64,000 nucleotides of DNA from Deltaproteobacteria bacterium (GTDB taxonomy: Bacteria; Myxococcota; Kuafuiibacteriia; Kuafuiibacteriales; Kuafuiibacteriaceae): NCBI GenBank assembly GCA_040218735.1, contig JAVJQW010000017.1:128001-192000 (forward strand). The letters are read 5' to 3'. Positions within the stretch are counted from its first letter, which is position 1; each line of letters opens with the position of its first letter. A model generated the notes under the pieces. That model saw only the letters and a list, made by a program, of their open reading frames with translations. It was not told the origin of the DNA and did no database searches. A program made the position numbers and the translations under genes. This document shows, in pieces, positions 1 through 8,735 of this stretch.

Positions 1-880
1 CGTCGAGCACCACCACGCGCCCGTCGTCGAGCTGCGCCATACCGTAGGCGGTCGCGGTGTCGAGGAACGCCGTCCCCATGTCGTCCGTCTCGAAGGTACC
101 GAGCAGGACGTTCTCCCCGGTCAGGCGGAAGCGCCGCAGAGACTGGGGCGTGGTGCCGGTGTCCAGCACGAGCAGCTCGCCGTTCCTCAGGAGGATGACG
201 TCCCGCGGGCCGCGTACGAACGAGTCACCGTCGAGGAAGCGCCCCTGCGTGAAGTTGACGCTCGTCGCCGGCAGCCCGTCCGAGGCCACCGCGTAGACCG
301 AGTCACTCGTCCCGAACAGGAGGTTGCCTTCGATCGTCACCGACGCACGCGCCGTGACGTCCGGCCCACCTGCGGCCTCCGCGTGCAACACGATCTCGAA
401 GGTCGTCGTCGCGTACCAGGTGGGCACGTCCGCCAACACGAAGCTCACGGTGCCCGCCGCGTCGACCGACAGATCGATCGTGACGTCGGTCAGCACGAGC
501 GCGGGCAGCGCCATGCGGCGCGTCGCCACGATCTCGTCGACCTCCACCGCGAAGCTCAGGACCGCGCCGCCCGCGTTCTCGATCTCGGGCGTGAACGTCA
601 CCGGAGCGCGCACGACGGTCCGATCCACGGAGGGCGTCAGCGCGACGATACAGTATGGGACGCCCGCGCACGGATCGGCGCCGCCGTCGCGCGGGGTCTC
701 GCCCCCGTCGCGCGGCACGTCGCCGCCATCGCGATCGGGATCCTCGACCCCACCGTCCCGCGGCGCATCGGCGCCCGCGTCGCGGGGAGGCGTCGTACCG
801 CTGTCGCGATCGCGCACGATGATCTCTTGCCCGCAGGCCGTCACCGCCATCAACACGATGGGGAGCGCTCGGCAGCCCAT
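1..880 (-). CDS. Lipoprotein with RDGG low-complexity linker and probable beta-propeller-like C-terminal region (truncated by window edge)
   Basis: Not in the ORF track because it runs off the left edge. Hand translation from ATG at 880 gives MGCRALPIVLMAVTAC (lipobox VTAC), then PRDAG/PRDGG repeats and beta-rich segments (GPRDVILLRNGELLVLD, AYGMAQLDDGRVVVLD); no stop down to position 1. Confidence 0.75.
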   Translation of the reverse strand, partial: MGCRALPIVLMAVTACGQEIIVRDRDSGTTPPRDAGADAPRDGGVEDPDRDGGDVPRDGGETPRDGGADPCAGVPYCIVALTPSVDRTVVRAPVTFTPEIENAGGAVLSFAVEVDEIVATRRMALPALVLTDVTIDLSVDAAGTVSFVLADVPTWYATTTFEIVLHAEAAGGPDVTARASVTIEGNLLFGTSDSVYAVASDGLPATSVNFTQGRFLDGDSFVRGPRDVILLRNGELLVLDTGTTPQSLRRFRLTGENVLLGTFETDDMGTAFLDTATAYGMAQLDDGRVVVLD

Positions 881-924
881 GTCGGTGATATACGACCAAC
901 GGGCACGCATCTGTCCATGGTTCG

Positions 925-2571
925 ATGAACGGAGATCCGAAGACGTCCGATCGGAAGAAGCCGCGGCGCCGTCGCCGAAAGCGAACCCGTGCGACCGCAC
1001 CGCTGGAAGCGAAGGCGGTCCTCGATCTTTCACGCCCGTCGGACGAACAGCTCAGTAGGGAAGAAGTCGAGGAAGCCGTCGCGCACCTTCGCTTCCTGAA
1101 GCGATTCAAGCGCGCGCTCCGACTCTCGCTCAACGCGACGGAGGACCTCCTCGTCAACGGCGTCAAACCGCCCGCGGAGCGCGGCGTGGTCAAACACCTG
1201 TTCGGCAAAGTCGACCGACAGGTCATCGACCAGGCCCTCGCGCGCGCGCCGCTGTCGACCGACCAAGCGCTCCGCGCCGACTTCCTCGCCGGGATCGTTC
1301 GCCTCCACCCGACACACGCGACGCTCCTCGCGTACCTCGACGCCGTCCGACAGACCGCGGATCGCCGGGACGCGATCCGTGCGTTCGCGCTCACCGTCGA
1401 GCGGATGCGCTTCGACACCGCGTCGAGCGCGGAGCTCGCCCAGACCGTCGCGCTCGTCGCGCGGGCCTTCGACGGCGCGGATCGCATCCGCGCGTACCTC
1501 GGCCTCCTCGCCTCCGACACCTTCCGCGCCGCGTGGGCCAACGCCCGCGCCGAGGTCGACGCGGGGATCGTGAAGGCCTTCGCACCGCTCGAAGCCGCGT
1601 ACGCCGTCGTCGCGCAGGGCGCGGTGGTCCCCGAGGAAGCCGCGAAGCGCCGCCTCGTCGCCGACGGGCTCACGACCTGGCTCGACGCGCCGCCCGCGAC
1701 GCTCGCGAGTTATCCGGCGCCGCTGCGCACGCAGCTCGCGCGCGCAGCGCTCGACCACGCGTCGGACGCGCCGTCCGACAACCTCGTTCGCCTGATCGGC
1801 TCGATCGACGCCGACGATCCCGCGTACAAGGACACGGCGATGCGCTTCGCATCGCGACTCGCACGCACCGGCGACGCCAAGCGCGCCGCGAAGGTGCTGA
1901 AGCCCGTCGCCGAGAAACACCCGAAGGACCGACGCCTCCAGCAGGTCGCCGAAGCGATGACGTGGCCCTTCGTCGGCCCGCTCGCCATCGAGCCGGGCCG
2001 CGGTCGCTTGCGTCGCGCGTACGCCCTGAACAGCGGTCACTTCGGTTGGGCGCGGACCGCTCCGGCGAAGGACGCCGCGCGCCTCGCTGCCGAAACCCGC
2101 CTCAACCTCGACCTGCTGGTGCCCGGCGTGGCGACGGTGCTCGAACACGGGCTCGGCGACGACGGGACCGCGTTTGTGTTCTCGATCGCCGACGGCTACC
2201 CCCTCGCCGAAGAGCGACGCGCCCCGCGTCTGGACCGCGCGCTCGCCCGCGCAGATCTGGCAGTGCGAACCATGCGGACGCTCTCGGCGTTCGGCATCGA
2301 GCTCCCGGACGTCGACCCCCGCCGCTTCTTCGTTTCGCGCGACAGCGTCTTGCTCGTGGATCTGGAAGGTGCGCGAGCGAGCGATCCCACGCGTGCCGCG
2401 CTCGCGAACGCCCCCCACGCGCAGGCGATCGCGGTGGCGCTGTGCTCGGACGGCGACGCGCTGCGATCCGACCTGCCTGCGCCTCTGCTGCGGCGACTCG
2501 AATCGAATACACCGCTGTTCCTGCTCGTGCGCACTCTGGCCGAAGTGAGAACAGCGCGCGACGACGCTTGA
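925..2571 (+). CDS. Hypothetical protein: basic N-terminus, helical/TPR-like middle, degenerate protein-kinase-like C-terminus
   Basis: 548 aa ORF with typical GC3-rich codons; GIELPDVDPRRFF and VLLVDLEG fall where the HRDLKPxN and DFG motifs would be. Confidence 0.6.
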   Translation: MNGDPKTSDRKKPRRRRRKRTRATAPLEAKAVLDLSRPSDEQLSREEVEEAVAHLRFLKRFKRALRLSLNATEDLLVNGVKPPAERGVVKHLFGKVDRQVIDQALARAPLSTDQALRADFLAGIVRLHPTHATLLAYLDAVRQTADRRDAIRAFALTVERMRFDTASSAELAQTVALVARAFDGADRIRAYLGLLASDTFRAAWANARAEVDAGIVKAFAPLEAAYAVVAQGAVVPEEAAKRRLVADGLTTWLDAPPATLASYPAPLRTQLARAALDHASDAPSDNLVRLIGSIDADDPAYKDTAMRFASRLARTGDAKRAAKVLKPVAEKHPKDRRLQQVAEAMTWPFVGPLAIEPGRGRLRRAYALNSGHFGWARTAPAKDAARLAAETRLNLDLLVPGVATVLEHGLGDDGTAFVFSIADGYPLAEERRAPRLDRALARADLAVRTMRTLSAFGIELPDVDPRRFFVSRDSVLLVDLEGARASDPTRAALANAPHAQAIAVALCSDGDALRSDLPAPLLRRLESNTPLFLLVRTLAEVRTARDDA

Positions 2572-2608
2572 TCGACCGAGGCTGACGGCCCTTTGATGGG
2601 ACGTCCCC

Positions 2609-5239
2609 GTGCTGTCCCGGCTCCGCCAACGTGCGATCACCACGCTCGACCGATTCGTCGAGCCGGAGGTGCTGCGTCACGAGCCGGAGCTGTCGGTGCG
2701 CAACCGCCTCGTGGCGATGAGCGCCATCGCGCTCGTCCTGTCGTCGGCGCTGTTCGTCGCGTCGCTCGTCGGACTCTCGGGCGAGTTCGGCCGCATCGCC
2801 CAGCTGATCGCGATCGGCGTGCCGCTGTACGCGATGGGGCTGGTGCTGCTGCGCGCGTCGAGTCGTTCGAGCGCACCCGGCGCGTGGCTCTGCGGCGTGA
2901 TGATCTTCATCCTCGGAGGCGTCCAGTACCTCAGCGGCGGCTTTCACGCGGCGGTGTTGCCGTGGCTGCTGATCGTGCTCGTGCTGTCGACGCTCCTCGT
3001 CAACCACGGCTTCGCCGCGATCTGCGCGGTGGTGTTGATCGCCGGCCAGGGTGCGCTCTTCCTGCTGCTGAAGAGTCAATTCACGTTCCCGGTGCACCGC
3101 ACCACGGAGGAGCCGACGGTCGTCTTCCTCTCGACGGTCGTCGCGCTGGGGATCGGCGTCGTCGTCGCGTGGCTCGACGACGCCTCGCGTACGCGCACAC
3201 GGACGCAGCTGTCGCGGACGCTCGCGAAGCTCCGCAACGCCAACGAGAACCTCCGCGTCGCCTCCGAGAACGCGAGCTCCGCGAACGCGGCGAAGATGCA
3301 GTTCGTCGCGAACATCAGCCACGAGCTGCGCACGCCGATGAACGGCGTGATCGGGATGACGGATCTGCTGATCGATTCGCAGCTGTCACCCGAGCAACGC
3401 GACTACGCGGAGACGATCCGCACTTCGGCCGGCTCGCTGCTCACGGTGATCGACGACGTGCTCGACTTCTCCAAGCTCGAGTTCAAGAAGCTCGAGCTCG
3501 AAGTCGGCGAGTTCGATCTGGAAGCGCTCGTCGAAGAGGCGATCGCGATCGTCGGCGCCGCCGCCTACGAGCGCGGCATCGAGCTGTCGCTGAAGATCGC
3601 GACGGACCTCCCGCTCGACGTGATCGGCGACCAGAACCGCCTGCGGCAGGTGCTCTTGAACCTCCTCAACAACGCGATCAAGTTCACCGAGCAAGGTGAG
3701 GTGTCGCTCGTCGTCACGCGCGCCAGCGAAGAGTCCGGCCGGGTGCGCTTCGAGGTCCGCGACACGGGTTGCGGCATCGATCCCGAACGGCTCCCGCTCG
3801 TGTTCGACTCGTTCTACCAGACCGACAGCAGCCGCACGCGAACCCACGGCGGCGTCGGCCTCGGGCTCGCGATCTCGAAGCACCTCGTCACGCTGATGGG
3901 GGGCGAGTTGGACGTCGAGAGCGTCGTCGGTGAGGGGAGCGCGTTCTTCTTCGAGGTGCACCTGATCTACGACGTGCACGACGAAGAGTTCGACGACCGG
4001 TCGCGCACGCTTCAGGGCCTACGCGTCGTCGGGTTGCTCGGACGGGATCGGCCGTGGGCGGCGGACGCGCTCGAAGCGATGTTGGCGCGCGCCGGGATCG
4101 CGCTGGCGCACGTCGAGGAGCGCGAGGAAGTCGCAGAGATGCTCGTGGAGGCGGAGGCTGACAGCTTCCCGTACCGCGTCGTGATGGTCGACGCCGACCG
4201 GGACGCGGCGCTCACGCTCCCGAACGAGATCCTGGCGCTGCGGCTGGAGACGATGCCTTCGATCGTGCTGCTGACGGAGCCCCAGGCTCGACGCGTGCGC
4301 GAGCGTGCGGCGACCACGGCCTACGCCAACTGCGTGACGAAGCCGCTGCGACGCGCGCACGTGATGGCGTGTGTGTCGGCGGCGCTGCGCCGCGGCCCTC
4401 AGGAGTTCGACGAGACCGCGACGCTCGAAGAGGCGCCGCCGAGTCGCGCGCGCGTCCTCGTCGCGGAGGACAACGAGATCAATCGCCGCCTCGCGCTGCT
4501 GATGCTGGAGAAGCTCGGCTACGTCGCCGACGCGGTGGCGGACGGCCAGGCGGTGCTCGAGGCGCTCGCCAAGGAGCGCTACGACGCGATCTTGATGGAC
4601 CTGCAGATGCCGTTGCTCGACGGTTTCGACACGACCGCTGCGATCCGGTCGCTACCGGAGGAGGGGCGGCACACGACGATCATCGCGATGTCGGCGAACG
4701 CGCGCGCGATCGATCGACGGCGGTGCCTCGACGCCGGGATGAACGCGTTCCTCCCGAAGCCGGTCGGCCTCGACCAGCTCGAGTCGACGTTGCAGCAGTG
4801 GATCTTCGGCGCGGTGCCGGTGCCGTGGGCGCAGGGGGACACGCCGATCCCGCTCCCCAACGAGACCCTCGACCGTGGGCTGCTCGACAGCCTGCGCGAG
4901 CTCTCGGGGGATCGCGAGGATCTGTTCCGCGAGCTGATCGACGCGTTCCTCGACGACGCGCCGTCCGCGCTGTCGTCGATGATGGAGTTCATCGAGCGCA
5001 ACGCGTTTGGCGCGCTCGCCGACGGAGCGCATCGCCTGAAGTCGAGCAGCGGCAACCTCGGAGCGCAGCGCATGGCGGCGCTCCTCGTCCGGCTCGAGCA
5101 GGCGGCGGAGTCGAAGGACGTGGAACGCGCGAGTGTGTTGCTCGAACAGGTACGCGCCGAGCAAGAGCGTGCGGCGGGCGCGCTCCACGCCTACGTTCGG
5201 GACCTACGAGCAGCCCAGGTCAGCGACGTTCGCGCCTGA
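2609..5239 (+). CDS. Membrane-bound hybrid sensor histidine kinase (TM-HisKA-HATPase-REC-REC-Hpt)
   Basis: Several N-terminal TM helices; H-box ISHELRTPMN; N-box NLLNNAIKFT; DTGCGI; GGVGLGLAIS; degenerate first REC; second REC (VAEDN, LMDLQMP, KP); Hpt AHRLKSSS. Confidence 0.95.
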   Translation: MLSRLRQRAITTLDRFVEPEVLRHEPELSVRNRLVAMSAIALVLSSALFVASLVGLSGEFGRIAQLIAIGVPLYAMGLVLLRASSRSSAPGAWLCGVMIFILGGVQYLSGGFHAAVLPWLLIVLVLSTLLVNHGFAAICAVVLIAGQGALFLLLKSQFTFPVHRTTEEPTVVFLSTVVALGIGVVVAWLDDASRTRTRTQLSRTLAKLRNANENLRVASENASSANAAKMQFVANISHELRTPMNGVIGMTDLLIDSQLSPEQRDYAETIRTSAGSLLTVIDDVLDFSKLEFKKLELEVGEFDLEALVEEAIAIVGAAAYERGIELSLKIATDLPLDVIGDQNRLRQVLLNLLNNAIKFTEQGEVSLVVTRASEESGRVRFEVRDTGCGIDPERLPLVFDSFYQTDSSRTRTHGGVGLGLAISKHLVTLMGGELDVESVVGEGSAFFFEVHLIYDVHDEEFDDRSRTLQGLRVVGLLGRDRPWAADALEAMLARAGIALAHVEEREEVAEMLVEAEADSFPYRVVMVDADRDAALTLPNEILALRLETMPSIVLLTEPQARRVRERAATTAYANCVTKPLRRAHVMACVSAALRRGPQEFDETATLEEAPPSRARVLVAEDNEINRRLALLMLEKLGYVADAVADGQAVLEALAKERYDAILMDLQMPLLDGFDTTAAIRSLPEEGRHTTIIAMSANARAIDRRRCLDAGMNAFLPKPVGLDQLESTLQQWIFGAVPVPWAQGDTPIPLPNETLDRGLLDSLRELSGDREDLFRELIDAFLDDAPSALSSMMEFIERNAFGALADGAHRLKSSSGNLGAQRMAALLVRLEQAAESKDVERASVLLEQVRAEQERAAGALHAYVRDLRAAQVSDVRA

Positions 5240-5924
5240 GCGCCTGCGCCTGACCGTTGCTCCGCGGGAGGTTGTCGACCGCGAGGAGGCCCCACCCGTC
5301 GTCGCCCGCGTACGAGAGCGACACGAGGCGCCAGTGCGCCCACTGACCGAATTGCTCGCGGCGGACGAGCGCGCGGATCTGGTCGCCGGCCGAGAACGGC
5401 CCGACGGGTCCGTGCGCGGCGAAGACCCGGAGTGAGCCGTCGCGGAGGCGGAGGCGGACGACGGCGGCGTCGTCGGCGGGGCGGTAGCGAACGGCGTCGA
5501 TGCGGCCGCGGACGATCTGCAGGTCGGCCTCCGGATCCTCCATGCGGCGGACGAGGGAGCGGATCAGCGGCGCGAGGTCGGTGTAGCCGGACCGGCGGGC
5601 TTCGTCGTCGACGAGCATCGCGGCCGCGGTGGCGGCGTCGTCGTCGTAGCCAGCGAGGATGCGCACGAGCCGGAGGCCGGCGCCCTTGGCGTACATCTGA
5701 TCGGCGTAGCTCTTACGGGGGGCGAGGCGGGCGGCGAGGTACAGGCGGACGGCTTCGACGGAGCCGCCGTTTTCTTCGGCGGCGAGGGCGGCGTTGAAGA
5801 GGCGGCGCGGGGACCAGACCGTCGTGCCGGTGGTCGGCGCGGCGCGGACGAGCGTCGGCGACGCTTCGGCGACTTGGGCGAACGCCAGGGTGGCGAACAG
5901 GAGCGCGGGGGCGAACCGGGGCAC
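5220..5924 (-). CDS. Hypothetical secreted protein
   Basis: 234 aa ORF with signal peptide MPRFAPALLFATLAFAQVAEA; convergent 20-bp overlap with the kinase gene. Confidence 0.65.
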   Translation of the reverse strand: MPRFAPALLFATLAFAQVAEASPTLVRAAPTTGTTVWSPRRLFNAALAAEENGGSVEAVRLYLAARLAPRKSYADQMYAKGAGLRLVRILAGYDDDAATAAAMLVDDEARRSGYTDLAPLIRSLVRRMEDPEADLQIVRGRIDAVRYRPADDAAVVRLRLRDGSLRVFAAHGPVGPFSAGDQIRALVRREQFGQWAHWRLVSLSYAGDDGWGLLAVDNLPRSNGQAQALRRERR

Positions 5925-6083
5925 GTCCTACGCTCTTACAAGACTCGCGCCGAATGGATCAGAGGTGGGATTCGTCCGGGACAGGGGTCCCGCTCCGGAG
6001 ATCCAGATCCGGCCGCCGTCGGGGCTGGAGCCGGATCCAGAAAACCTCGAGTCCTTCTCCACACTTGCCCTCGTCTTAGAAAT

Positions 6084-6101
6084 TCGGAGATTTTTCTCCG
6101 A
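6084..6101. promoter_or_regulatory. Perfect inverted repeat TCGGAGA-TTTT-TCTCCGA, candidate operator
   Basis: Lies in the comparatively AT-rich divergent intergenic region 5925-6203. Confidence 0.35.
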
Positions 6102-6203
6102 CATGTGGCCGCCGCTCGCCTCGGTCGATGCGCGGACCAAGGAATCCGTCCGGGGCGAGTAGAAGGGGGTGTTGCCACGCGCGATCGTGAGGACAGGACG
6201 CAC

Positions 6204-7901
6204 ATGACCGACGTTCGTGACGGGCCCCCGAGCTTCGAGGGGCGAGTGCTCCAGGATCGATGGGAGGTCGGTCCGCGGATCGGCGCGGGCGGCATGGCCA
6301 CCGTGTACGCCGGCACCGACCGCCGACTCGGCCGACCGGTGGCGTGCAAGATCCTCCACCCGCACATCGCCGAGATTCCGGAGGCGCGTGAGCGTCTCGC
6401 CCGCGAGGCGCGCGCGATCGCGCAGCTCAAACACGAGAACGTGATCGAGGTGTACGACTACTCGATCGAGGATCCGCACTGCACGTGGCTGGTCACCGAG
6501 CTGATCGAGGGTGGCACACTGCGTCAGTTCCAAGACCGCCACGACCGCCCGATGCCGGAGATCGCGGTGATGATCGCGACGGAGGTCGTGCGCGCGCTGC
6601 GGGCGGCGCACGAGGTCGGCGTCATCCACCGCGACGTCAAACCGGACAACATCCTCATCGGCAAGTCGGGGCGCCCGAAGCTGTCGGACTTCGGCATCGC
6701 GAAGGTGCTCAACGAGTCGAAGATGACGATGACCGGCAACCTCGTCGGCTCGCCGAGTTACATGTCGCCGGAGCAGGCCGACGGCCTGCACACCGACCAC
6801 CGCACGGACCTCTACAGCGTCGGCATCCTCCTGTACCGCCTCGTGACGGGCACCCTCCCCTTCCGCGGCGCGTCGCCGCTCGAGACGATTCGTCTGGTCT
6901 CCCGCGGTGAGTACGTCGACCCCGCGGACCTCGCGCCGCAGAGCGCGGGCGCGGTCGCGGGCATCATCCGGCGCGCGCTCACGGTCGACATCGAAGAGCG
7001 CTACCAGACGGCCGACGAGATGCTCGCGGATCTCGTGCAGGTGCTGCAGGACGCGGGGCTGTCGGCGACGTCCGAGGTGCTGCCGCAGTACTTCGCAGAT
7101 CCGACGGGTTACGAGAGCGCGTTGCGCCCGAAGCTCGCGCGTGAGCTCGAAGTGCGCGGCAAGGCGTTGCTCGAAGCCGGCGAAGAGAGTCGCGCGGTGG
7201 ACTGCTTCAACCGCGCGCTGACGCTCGGGGACGGGAGCCAGCAGACGTTCGATCTCGTCGAGCAGCTCTCGAAGCGACGGAAACGCGGGCGCGTCGGGCG
7301 CATGTTGTGGACGGCGGGGATCGCGATCGGCGCGGCGGCGATGGTCGCGGCCGGCATCGTCGCGATCGATCTGCTGTCGACGGAGCCACACGGCCCGGCG
7401 ATCGCGCAGACCAAGACACCGGACGCCGTGGACGTCGAACCGATCGAGGAGGTGGCCGCCGCTCCCTCGGACACGGCGGAGGAGGTCATCGAGCCCCCCG
7501 TCGAGGCCACGCCGCCGACGCCCGAGCCCGAAGCCGAGACCGAGGTCGCGAGCGAGGCGAAGGCCGAACCGGAGCCGGCGCCGACGCGGCGTCGACGGGT
7601 CACGCGCACGCGACGGACGAAGCCCGTCGAAGCCGAGCCCGCGCCCACGGTGCGCGAGGCGCCGCCCGAGGCCGAAGCCAAGTTCGGGACGCTGCACGTG
7701 GGCACGAAGGTCTGGGCGGATCTGTACATCGACGGGCACAAGGTCGGACGTGCGCCGGAGCAGACGCGGTACCCGCTTCCGCCGGGCACGTATCGGCTGC
7801 GCGCGATCCAACCGAATTCCAGTTGCATCCCGTTCGAGCGCACGTTCACAATCCGCCCGGGTCAGACGGAGCGGATGCGGTTGCAGATCGCCTGCCCCTG
7901 A
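6204..7901 (+). CDS. Transmembrane Ser/Thr protein kinase with C-terminal PEGA-like domain
   Basis: IGAGGMATVY, VACKIL, HRDVKPDN, SDFG, GSPSYMSPE, DLYSVG; TM helix, Pro/Glu linker, WADLYIDG...LPPGTYRL. ATG at 6204 after GGACAGGA. Confidence 0.92.
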   Translation: MTDVRDGPPSFEGRVLQDRWEVGPRIGAGGMATVYAGTDRRLGRPVACKILHPHIAEIPEARERLAREARAIAQLKHENVIEVYDYSIEDPHCTWLVTELIEGGTLRQFQDRHDRPMPEIAVMIATEVVRALRAAHEVGVIHRDVKPDNILIGKSGRPKLSDFGIAKVLNESKMTMTGNLVGSPSYMSPEQADGLHTDHRTDLYSVGILLYRLVTGTLPFRGASPLETIRLVSRGEYVDPADLAPQSAGAVAGIIRRALTVDIEERYQTADEMLADLVQVLQDAGLSATSEVLPQYFADPTGYESALRPKLARELEVRGKALLEAGEESRAVDCFNRALTLGDGSQQTFDLVEQLSKRRKRGRVGRMLWTAGIAIGAAAMVAAGIVAIDLLSTEPHGPAIAQTKTPDAVDVEPIEEVAAAPSDTAEEVIEPPVEATPPTPEPEAETEVASEAKAEPEPAPTRRRRVTRTRRTKPVEAEPAPTVREAPPEAEAKFGTLHVGTKVWADLYIDGHKVGRAPEQTRYPLPPGTYRLRAIQPNSSCIPFERTFTIRPGQTERMRLQIACP

Positions 7902-7913
7902 CGCGCGCTGGGT

Positions 7914-8735
7914 TTGTCTCACCTCCTCCTCATCGCTGGACTGCTCGCCGCACAGAGCGGCTCGCCGGAAGCCGTCTTCAAGGCCGCGATCGAGGACTTC
8001 GAGTTCGGTGAGCACGCGGCCGCGGCCAAGAAGCTCGAAGGCATCCTGAACCCGATCCAGCTGATCAACCGCGAGGACATCATCGTCGCGCGGCAGTACC
8101 TCGGAGCGTGTTACCAGCTCCTCGACGACGCGCCGCGCGCCGAAGAACAGTTTCGGCTGCTGCTCGCGATGGACGACCGGCACCGCCTCGATCCCGAGGT
8201 GTTCTCACCGGCGCTCGTGGAGATGTTCGAGCAGGTGCGTGCGTCGTTCGTGCCGCCTCCGCCGCCGACGACCACGGTGAAGGTGCCACCTCCACCCCCG
8301 CCCCCCGTCGCGGCGGGCCCGCCGCCGCCGATCGTGATCGAGAAGCCGCGCCCCGCGTTCGAGCCACACTCGCGGGCGATGTCGTTCGTGCCGTTCGGCG
8401 TCGGGCAGTTCGCCAATGCGCAGCCGATCAAGGGCGCACTGTTCGCCGGTGGCGAAGCGGCGCTGCTCGGCACGGCGCTGACGACGTTCCTGTTGTTCGA
8501 GAGCCTCAAGGTGAAGACGATCGACGGCGCGACCGGCGAGGTGCTGTCGGTGGAGTTCAAGCCGGAGGACGCCGACCGGGCGCGCACGCTGCAGACGATC
8601 TACCTGGCGACGTTCTGGACTGGGATCGTCGTGGTGGTCGGAGGGATCGTCGAAGCGCTGATCAGCTACCCCGGCGATGACGTGGCGCCCGTCGCCGTGG
8701 AGGCCGGCGCGAACGGCGCGCTGGTGCGGTTCTGA
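7914..8735 (+). CDS. Exported TPR-like protein with Pro-rich linker and C-terminal hydrophobic segments
   Basis: Signal-like N-terminus; TPR-like ARQYLGACY...AEEQFRLLL...LDP; poly-Pro; SFVPFGVGQF; ends in VRF. Confidence 0.75.
   Translation: MSHLLLIAGLLAAQSGSPEAVFKAAIEDFEFGEHAAAAKKLEGILNPIQLINREDIIVARQYLGACYQLLDDAPRAEEQFRLLLAMDDRHRLDPEVFSPALVEMFEQVRASFVPPPPPTTTVKVPPPPPPPVAAGPPPPIVIEKPRPAFEPHSRAMSFVPFGVGQFANAQPIKGALFAGGEAALLGTALTTFLLFESLKVKTIDGATGEVLSVEFKPEDADRARTLQTIYLATFWTGIVVVVGGIVEALISYPGDDVAPVAVEAGANGALVRF

Noticed and set aside
672-790. RDGG, EGRE and PTG repeats as CRISPR or non-coding arrays
   Set aside because: All are in-frame coding repeats without unique spacers; no cas genes in the window.
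5928-8183. Long antisense or alternate-frame ORFs here and throughout (e.g. 27054..29084, 49392..51815, 54881..56674)
   Set aside because: Shadows of real genes in high-GC DNA: Arg/Ala/Pro-rich, no motifs, fully overlapping well-supported CDSs.
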